A DNA stretch of 64,000 nucleotides from an uncultured bacterium (lineage in GTDB: Bacteria > Muiribacteriota > Ozemobacteria > Ozemobacterales > Ozemobacteraceae), in NCBI GenBank assembly GCA_964483805.1, contig CAZADH010000002.1, positions 1,163 through 65,162 on the forward strand. Direction: 5' to 3'. The notes beneath the pieces were generated by a model. The model searched no databases. It was not told the DNA's origin and saw only the letters and a program-made list of their open reading frames with translations. Shown here one piece after another: positions 58,163 through 64,000 of the stretch; position 1 is the first letter of the stretch; every line of letters starts with the position of its first letter. A program made the translations under genes and the position numbers.

Positions 58163-59465
58163 ATACGATATCGAGCACCAGCGGCAGCGGTTTGCTCTCG
58201 CGGTCTTCGATGACGAACGATGCCGTCAGCGCCTCGATGGCGCGGCGGTTGTCACGCTTCGGGTCCAGGTGCAACTCGGCGAGGGGTTCACCCTGGGCCA
58301 CCTTATGGCCAACGTGGCGCACGAGCTTCATGCCCACCGCCGGATCAATGATGCTGTCTTTGGTTTCGCGCCCGGCCCCGAGCATCATCGCCGCAATGCC
58401 GACCTGCTCGCACTCGATGCGGGTGATGTAACCGCTGCGGGGCGACGGCAGCGGTTCGACCTTCGTCGCCGCCGGCAGGCGCTCGGGGTGGCGGATCAAT
58501 TCGGGGTCACCGCCCTGCGCTTCGACCATTTCACACAACTTTTGGAACGCCGAACCATCGCTGATGGTTTTCTCGACGCGGGCTTTGGCCTCGGCTGCCG
58601 AGATCTTGCCCCCCGCCGACAACCGCAGTGCTTCGCCGGCCAGCGTGCTCACGAGATCGACGAGATCGCGCGGCCCCTTGCCCTGAAGGGTGGCGATCGC
58701 CTCTTTTACCTCGAGGGCGTTGCCGATCATTTCGCCCAGCGGTTCGTCCATGTTTGACAGCACCGCGACGCACTGGCGCCCCGACTGCTTGCCGATGGCA
58801 ACCATCGCCTGCGCCAGTGCCTTCGCGTCGGCCTGGGTCTTCATGAATGCCCCACTGCCCACCTTCACATCGAGAACGAGACCGTTGTTGGGAACCGTGA
58901 GCTTCTTCGACATGATCGAAGCCGCAATGAGCGGAATCGAGTCGACGGTCGCCGTGACATCACGCAAGGCGTAGATCTTTTTGTCGGCCGGCACGAGATT
59001 GCCGGTCTGACCGACGATGGCCACGCCAATGCGGTTGACCACGGCGATGAACTTGTCGACCGGCAACTCGCAGGTGAACCCTTTGATCGACTCGAGCTTG
59101 TCGATGGTTCCGCCGGTATGCCCAAGCCCGCGGCCCGACATCTTCGCCACTTTCAAACCGAGTGCGGCAAGAATCGGCCCCAACACGAGACTGGTCTTGT
59201 CACCGACACCCCCGGTCGAATGCTTGTCGACCGTGAACCCCTCGATGCCCTTCAACTCCACCTGATCGCCCGACCGGCGCATGGCGTCGGTCAACCAGAA
59301 GGTTTCCTCGGCATCCATGCCTTTGAAGTAGATGGCCATGAGCATCGCCGCCATCTGATAATCAGGCAGCGTCCCTTTGACGTAACCCTCGACCAGAGCG
59401 TCGATTTCGGCCGCCGTCAGTTTGACACCATCGCGCTTCTTTTTGATCAGATCGTACGGACGCAT
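58158..59465 (-). CDS. thymidine / pyrimidine-nucleoside phosphorylase
   Basis: Full-length match to family features (MRPYDLIKKKRDG..., HSTGGVGDKTSLVLGPILAALG, GRGLGHTGGTIDKLE). AAGGAG SD 8 nt before ATG 59465. Confidence 0.9.
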   Translation of the reverse strand: MRPYDLIKKKRDGVKLTAAEIDALVEGYVKGTLPDYQMAAMLMAIYFKGMDAEETFWLTDAMRRSGDQVELKGIEGFTVDKHSTGGVGDKTSLVLGPILAALGLKVAKMSGRGLGHTGGTIDKLESIKGFTCELPVDKFIAVVNRIGVAIVGQTGNLVPADKKIYALRDVTATVDSIPLIAASIMSKKLTVPNNGLVLDVKVGSGAFMKTQADAKALAQAMVAIGKQSGRQCVAVLSNMDEPLGEMIGNALEVKEAIATLQGKGPRDLVDLVSTLAGEALRLSAGGKISAAEAKARVEKTISDGSAFQKLCEMVEAQGGDPELIRHPERLPAATKVEPLPSPRSGYITRIECEQVGIAAMMLGAGRETKDSIIDPAVGMKLVRHVGHKVAQGEPLAELHLDPKRDNRRAIEALTASFVIEDRESKPLPLVLDIVS

Positions 59466-59528
59466 GCTTCGGCTCCTTGCTTCGCAGTCGACATGGTCAG
59501 CCCACAGGGAGGGCGGCGGGAACAAGAG

Positions 59529-59552
59529 CAATACAGAATATTACAGAATCAG
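59529..59552. repeat. CAATACAGAATATTACAGAATCAG element overlapping the small-ORF stop codon
   Basis: Near-identical to 35002-35025. Lies in the 83-bp gap between the small ORF and thymidine phosphorylase. Confidence 0.45.
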
Positions 59553-59740
59553 CGCTTGATCCGGGCCAGGCGGATGTTGTTGGCCTGGTAACAACGGTCG
59601 TAGGCTTCGCAATCGTAGCACGCCTGCTGGCGGTCAGGCGCATCGATCTTCATGTCCTCGACACGCATGCCGGTCATATTCCATTTGGCGAAGAGATCGG
59701 TTCCAAAACACTTGGGCATCTTGGCTTGCGGAACGGCCAT
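59549..59740 (-). CDS. small Cys-containing hypothetical protein (63 aa; C-x29-C-x2-C-x5-C)
   Basis: GC3-rich codon usage. Co-oriented with thymidine phosphorylase. No known domain recognised. Confidence 0.35.
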   Translation of the reverse strand: MAVPQAKMPKCFGTDLFAKWNMTGMRVEDMKIDAPDRQQACYDCEAYDRCYQANNIRLARIKR

Positions 59741-59883
59741 GGTCTTTGTTTACCTCGTATTCTTGATCTTGATGGCTGAGTGGCCGTAACGGAACACGTG
59801 CCGACCGACAACCGGCAGGCATCATAGCACAGCCGGCAGGGATCGACCAACCGTTGCGTGCACGTCGACGTAATATCTCAGTA

Positions 59884-60005
59884 AGCGGGGGCACGCGCCC
59901 CCGCTCGGCTCGCGGCACAGGTCCGCGAGCCTCACACCCCGCGGTCGGCCGCGTTGCGGCCTTCGTATTTCGCCGGCAAACGCCACCGGTAACGGAGAGG
60001 TTACC
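59884..60005 (+). other. array of four consecutive GC-rich stem-loops in the leader of the YmdB-like/CHASE2-cyclase operon
   Basis: AGCGGGGGC-acgc-GCCCCCGCT (59884-59905), GGCTCGCGG-cacaggt-CCGCGAGCC (59907-59931), GGCCGC-gtt-GCGGCC (59947-59961, followed by TTCGTATTT), GGTAAC-ggagag-GTTACC (59988-60005). Confidence 0.4.
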
Positions 60006-60206
60006 ACCGCGACCCGACGCCCCGGTTTCTGTGGCAAACCTGCAACAGCAGCGGATCCTTCGCTTGTCTGGACCTCACCCCCGTGTTACCATGCTGGCAC
60101 GGACTGAAACGGTGCTGGCGTGCTCGTTCTGCCGACAGCGAGAGCAACGCCCGCTCACGACCGCAACAGAATCCAGGCACTCTGGCACAGGAAGGCGGCA
60201 GATTAC

Positions 60207-61007
60207 GTGTTGTCGTTGTTGCTCCTGGGTGAAATCTCGGGCCGCGTCGGCATTCGCGCCATCGAGACGGCCGCACCGACCTGGCGACGGGCCAACCCCA
60301 GGCCACTGGTGATCGCCAATGCCGGCGGGCTGCTCGGCACCGCCGGGCTCACCCGCGACGTGGTGACCGGGCTTGCCGATGCCGGCATCGACGTGCTGAC
60401 CGTAACCCCACGGGCGGCGGCCACACCCCGCGCCCGCGCACTTCTTGCCGATGGTCACGGGATGGTCCGCCCGTTGAACGCACCCGCCGGGTTTCCCGGA
60501 TGCGGCACCCGACTGCTCGAAACCGCCCAGGGACGGCTGCAGTTCGCGGTGGTGCACACGTGGTCCGATTTCGACGGTCTCGATGATCCGTTCGCGGCGC
60601 TCGCACGCTGGAGCCAGAATCTGGCCGGCAACGATGCGATCCTGCTCGAGATCCAGGGCCAGGATGTGCGCGAGAAGATCGGCCTTGCCCGCTGGTTTCG
60701 CCGCACCCGAACGGCTCCCGTCCACTGGTTCGGCACCGGACTGGGCATCGTGGCCGGCGGGCGTGAGTTGACGCCGACAGGCATCGAACTGATCGATGTG
60801 GGCCGCTGCGGCGCGCAGGCCGGCGTGCTCGGCGAAGACCTCGATTCCTGGCTGGCACGCACCCGCGACCGCCGCCACGCCGGGCCAGTCGAGACACCCA
60901 ATGACGTGCGCCTCGATGGCGTCCGCCTCGCCCTCGATCGCCAGGGCTCACCGCTCGAGGTCGCACCATGGGCCTTTATCCCACCGAGCAAAGCGGTCGC
61001 CTCGTGA
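60207..61007 (+). CDS. YmdB-like (TIGR00282/calcineurin-fold) pseudo-phosphoesterase: all His/Asn metal ligands substituted
   Basis: Collinear with B. subtilis YmdB (LLLGEISGRVG ~ LFIGDVVGSPG; LVIANAGGLLGTAGLT ~ FTIINGENAAHGKGLT; DVLTVTPRAA ~ DAITMGNHTW; GMVRPLNAPAGFPGCG ~ NLVRPANFPEGTPGKG; DDPF conserved; WFGTGLGI ~ VVGTHTHV). The track ORF starts at 60120; the likely start is GTG 60207, with AGGAAGG 11 nt upstream. Confidence 0.6.
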   Translation: MLSLLLLGEISGRVGIRAIETAAPTWRRANPRPLVIANAGGLLGTAGLTRDVVTGLADAGIDVLTVTPRAAATPRARALLADGHGMVRPLNAPAGFPGCGTRLLETAQGRLQFAVVHTWSDFDGLDDPFAALARWSQNLAGNDAILLEIQGQDVREKIGLARWFRRTRTAPVHWFGTGLGIVAGGRELTPTGIELIDVGRCGAQAGVLGEDLDSWLARTRDRRHAGPVETPNDVRLDGVRLALDRQGSPLEVAPWAFIPPSKAVAS

Positions 61008-62998
61008 TCACGCGCGGACGCATCATTCTTATTGCTTTTGTATTGCTGTGGTGGCTGGCCTCGACCTGGACCGCCCACCAGGGCTGGCTGAACCGCACCG
61101 ACGAGATGCTCGAAGACATGCAGTGGCGCCTGCGCTGGGCGTTGGTGCCCGATCGAACGCCAAGCCAGGTGGTCACGCTGCTGATCACCCGCAACGATGT
61201 CGTGCAGTTGTCGTCGGCACACAGTTTCGAGTGGCCGCTCAACCGACGGTGGTTCGGGCGCGTCGTCGAGGTCCTGCAGCGGTGCCGGGCCCGGGCCGTC
61301 GGCTTCGACATGGCTTTTCTGCCCTCCACAAAGACCGATGGCGACCCGTTGTTCGCGGCTGCACTCGCATCGTGGCCCCGCCGGGTGGTGCTCGGCACCG
61401 AACTGCAGGGAACCCTGGCCGGTTCAGCGAATGATGAAGATGACGACGAGGAAGGCTACGGGCAGGGCCTGCGACCCACCCCGGTCAAGACCGAGTTCGC
61501 CTCGCCGGCCTGGGGGTTGGGCGCGTTCAATTTCCTCGAGAACCGCGAGGGCACCGAGATTCCGCGGGTGATGCCCCTCCACTTCCCGGTGAACGGCCGG
61601 TGCTTCCCCGGCCTGGCGCTGGCGACCTGGATGGCAGGCCAAGACCGATCGGTGGCATTGACTGCCGCATCCGGCGCTGTCCAGTTGGGGCCGACCCTCC
61701 GTTTTCCGGCCGAGGAGCTCATCCCCGACGGGCGAACGTTCTTCGTCGACCGTGTGCTGAGTCCGATTTTCCCGGAGAATCCGCATTTGCGCTTCCATGC
61801 CCTGTTCGCCTTTCACGATGAACGGGTCACCTTCGCTGCCTACAAAGACGCGGTCTCGTTTGCCCAGCTCGCGCTGTGCAACCCGAACGATGGCCCGGCA
61901 GTTGCTTCGCTGGCCCGCATTCTTGCCGACAAATATGTCTTGATCGGGGTCGGCGAGAACACCCTGGGCGACGTGATCCAGATGCCCAACCAGCCGCGCC
62001 GGGTTGCGGGGGTGATGCTGCACGCCGCCATGCTCGACGGCCTGACCCGCCACGAGGGCTTCCTGTCTCGTTGTCGATCGGCGGGGTGGCGCACCACCGT
62101 CGCCGGCATCGCCCTGGCCCTGTCGCTGTTCGTCCTGTTCACCCAGGCCCGTTTCTCACCGCTCCGCGGCCTCCTCACCGCGCTGGGCGGTTTCATCACC
62201 GTCGTCGTCACACTGTTCGCCCTGTTCTGTGGCGGGGTGCTGCTGCCGTGGTCGGTCATTCCGGTGACGTTCATCGGCGTGCTCCCCGCATGCTATTTCT
62301 ACGGGTACCTGGTCGAAGGTCGCGAGAAAGCGCAGATCAAAGACATCTTCAAGAAACAGGTGTCGCCCGAGATCGTCGATGAGCTGCTGACGCGTGCCGA
62401 CGAGATCATGGCCGCCCGTCGCCAGGAGATCTCGGTAGGTTTCATCGATGTTTGCGGCTTTACCAGTTTCTCTGAATCCCATTCACCCGAACGCGTACTC
62501 GTGCAACTTAATCACTACTTCAGTCGTATCATTCCGGACCTCATGCAACGACGGGTAACGCTCGACAAACTGATTGGCGACGCGCTCATGATCACGACCG
62601 GCGTTCCGTTGCCCGACCCGGCGCATGCGGTACGGTTGGTCGAGGCGGCCGCGGCGATTCGCAAGATGGTCGCGCAGATCAACACGAATCTTCCGCCTGG
62701 CTTCGAACCGTTTACCGTCAGTTGTGGTATTAACTCTGGCGACGCCATTGTCGGCAATGTGGGTTCGCGGGAACGCATGGAGTACACCGTCATCGGCGAT
62801 GTGGTGAATCTGGCTGCCCGCCTGCAAGGGGTGGCAAAGAGTCAGGAGATCGTCGTGGGGCCAAGAACCTACGAGATGACGCGTGATCGGTTCCAGTATC
62901 GCCCGTTACCCCCTCTCACGGTGAAGGGCAAATCCGAACCGGTGCAGGCCTACATGCTCCTCGAACCCGCAGACATCCAGCATTCGCAAACCCTGTGA
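60968..62998 (+). CDS. CHASE2 sensor domain class III nucleotidyl cyclase (canonical catalytic residues)
   Basis: N-terminal TM then CHASE2 region (VTLLITRNDVVQLSS..WPLNRRWFGRVVEVL..AVGFDMAFL). TM cluster. Cyclase GFIDVCGFT ... LIGDALMI ... YTVIGDVVNLAARLQG. ATG 60968 has a GAGGT SD; an alternative GTG at 61004 overlaps the upstream stop (GTGA). Confidence 0.85.
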   Translation: MGLYPTEQSGRLVITRGRIILIAFVLLWWLASTWTAHQGWLNRTDEMLEDMQWRLRWALVPDRTPSQVVTLLITRNDVVQLSSAHSFEWPLNRRWFGRVVEVLQRCRARAVGFDMAFLPSTKTDGDPLFAAALASWPRRVVLGTELQGTLAGSANDEDDDEEGYGQGLRPTPVKTEFASPAWGLGAFNFLENREGTEIPRVMPLHFPVNGRCFPGLALATWMAGQDRSVALTAASGAVQLGPTLRFPAEELIPDGRTFFVDRVLSPIFPENPHLRFHALFAFHDERVTFAAYKDAVSFAQLALCNPNDGPAVASLARILADKYVLIGVGENTLGDVIQMPNQPRRVAGVMLHAAMLDGLTRHEGFLSRCRSAGWRTTVAGIALALSLFVLFTQARFSPLRGLLTALGGFITVVVTLFALFCGGVLLPWSVIPVTFIGVLPACYFYGYLVEGREKAQIKDIFKKQVSPEIVDELLTRADEIMAARRQEISVGFIDVCGFTSFSESHSPERVLVQLNHYFSRIIPDLMQRRVTLDKLIGDALMITTGVPLPDPAHAVRLVEAAAAIRKMVAQINTNLPPGFEPFTVSCGINSGDAIVGNVGSRERMEYTVIGDVVNLAARLQGVAKSQEIVVGPRTYEMTRDRFQYRPLPPLTVKGKSEPVQAYMLLEPADIQHSQTL

Positions 62999-63148
62999 AC
63001 AAACATGGAAAAAATTACGGGAAAAACTTGCCGCGACGTATTATCATAGCGGATGCGCGAGCGCTGTCTCGCGGCCGATGCTGCCCATTGAACTGCGGGC
63101 CGGCCGGTCGTGTTTGCGTATTGGTGCTGAGTTGTGGCGATCTCCGGG

Positions 63149-64000
63149 ATGGTTGTCCCGAGAATTTGGAGCATTGAGAACTTGGTGGACAAGCTCGACA
63201 AGGAACTGATCTTCGCGCTTTATGAAGCGCAGAAACAGGCCTTGGCGCATCAGGGCGACCTCGACTCGCTCCTGACCACGTTTGTTCGTACCGCCGACAT
63301 TCTCACCGGGCGTGCCGACTTCGCCCTGCTCCTCTATGAGCATGGCACCGATTCGGTCCGCGTTCGCTTTCAAAATGGCAACGAACCCGGCAATCTCGAT
63401 GGCCTGAAGCAACAGGTCAAGGTATTGGCGACCGGCGGTGAGAAACCGGCCCTGCCAAGGGTCGCCGAGGCGAATGCCGAGTCTTTGCTGCTGCCGCTCG
63501 GTTCCGAGAAAGTGTTCGGCGCGGTCGTGGTCGGCAAGGGCAAGATCGCCGATCCGGCCAGACACTTTGAACTGCTCGAGTTCCAGGCGCTGATCACCAC
63601 GGCCGTCGAGCGTCTGCGCCGCGGCCAACACCTGCAGCTCCAAATGGACGAACTCGGTACGCTTTACGAGGTCGGCAAGGTCATCAGCTCAACCCTCGAC
63701 CTGACCGACCTGCTCAAGAAGATCATGGCCATGGCTACCAAGGTCATGCAATGCGAGACCAGCACGGTTTATTTGATCGACAGAGAGACCAACGAGATCT
63801 ACTTCCATATCGTGCAGGGCGAGGGCAACGTGGCCGCGAAGCTACGCGAAATGCGCTTGCCGATGGGCACCGGTCTCGCCGGATGGTGCGCCCAGCACAA
63901 CGAGCCGGTCATCGTTCCCGATACCTCGAAAGACCCACGGTTCTTCAAGGGTGGCGACAAGAAGTCCGGGTTTGTCACCCGCTCGATGATCTGTGTGCCG
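63149..64000 (+). CDS. GAF domain protein (at least two GAF domains), 3' end beyond window; absent from the ORF track because no stop
   Basis: VMQCETSTVYLIDRETNEIYFHIVQGEG ... LPMGTGLAGWCAQHNEPVIVPDTSKDPRFFKGGDKKSGFVTRSMICVP is a classical GAF. Start between ATG 63149 and TTG/GTG 63182-63185 (GGAG at 63166-63169). Confidence 0.65.
   Translation, partial: MVVPRIWSIENLVDKLDKELIFALYEAQKQALAHQGDLDSLLTTFVRTADILTGRADFALLLYEHGTDSVRVRFQNGNEPGNLDGLKQQVKVLATGGEKPALPRVAEANAESLLLPLGSEKVFGAVVVGKGKIADPARHFELLEFQALITTAVERLRRGQHLQLQMDELGTLYEVGKVISSTLDLTDLLKKIMAMATKVMQCETSTVYLIDRETNEIYFHIVQGEGNVAAKLREMRLPMGTGLAGWCAQHNEPVIVPDTSKDPRFFKGGDKKSGFVTRSMICVP

Noticed and set aside
59741-60119. Possible tRNA or known riboswitch in the hairpin array
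   Set aside because: No T-loop (GTTCRA) or anticodon-arm geometry, and no match to the GEMM/c-di-GMP or other consensus I can recall. Kept only as an unclassified structured region.
60120-60206. First 29 codons of the track ORF 60120..61007
   Set aside because: Homology to YmdB begins exactly at the GTG at 60207, which has an AGGAAGG SD. The upstream residues are unsupported.

Overview
High-GC (~67%) bacterial chromosomal segment, gene-dense, with no rRNA, tRNA, CRISPR array, IS element or prophage detected. About 40 protein genes are supported. The window is dominated by signal-transduction genes: five class III adenylate/guanylate cyclases, four of them in two translationally coupled tandem pairs that share an unusual multi-TM sensor module with a PP2C phosphatase. 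Also present are a STAS anti-sigma antagonist, an MCP, HEAT-repeat and giant TPR scaffold proteins, a GAF protein and a voltage-gated channel with an RCK domain. Housekeeping and accessory genes are interspersed: nadA, thymidine phosphorylase, a dGTPase-like HD protein, an ABC exporter pair, GH13 and GH1 glycosidases, a CHAD+HD pair, Uma2 and DUF1703 nuclease-fold proteins, and an AbiEi-like pair. The most notable sequence-level observations are these. First, within each tandem cyclase pair the two genes carry complementary active-site losses, which predicts obligate asymmetric heterodimers. Second, two pseudoenzymes are present: a YmdB-like protein with all His metal ligands lost, and an L,D-transpeptidase-like protein with Cys replaced by Thr. 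Third, an AT-rich word, yTTGTATTGC/GCAATACAAr, recurs far above expectation; inside CDS it is built from rare codons, and it also lies in a conserved element just after the stop codons of three minus-strand genes. Sigma70-like promoters (TTGaca-17/18-TAtaaT) could be identified for several operons. Many long antisense ORFs in the six-frame track are GC-driven artefacts. Coordinates of gene starts are approximate (within a few nt) where alternative GTG/TTG starts exist.
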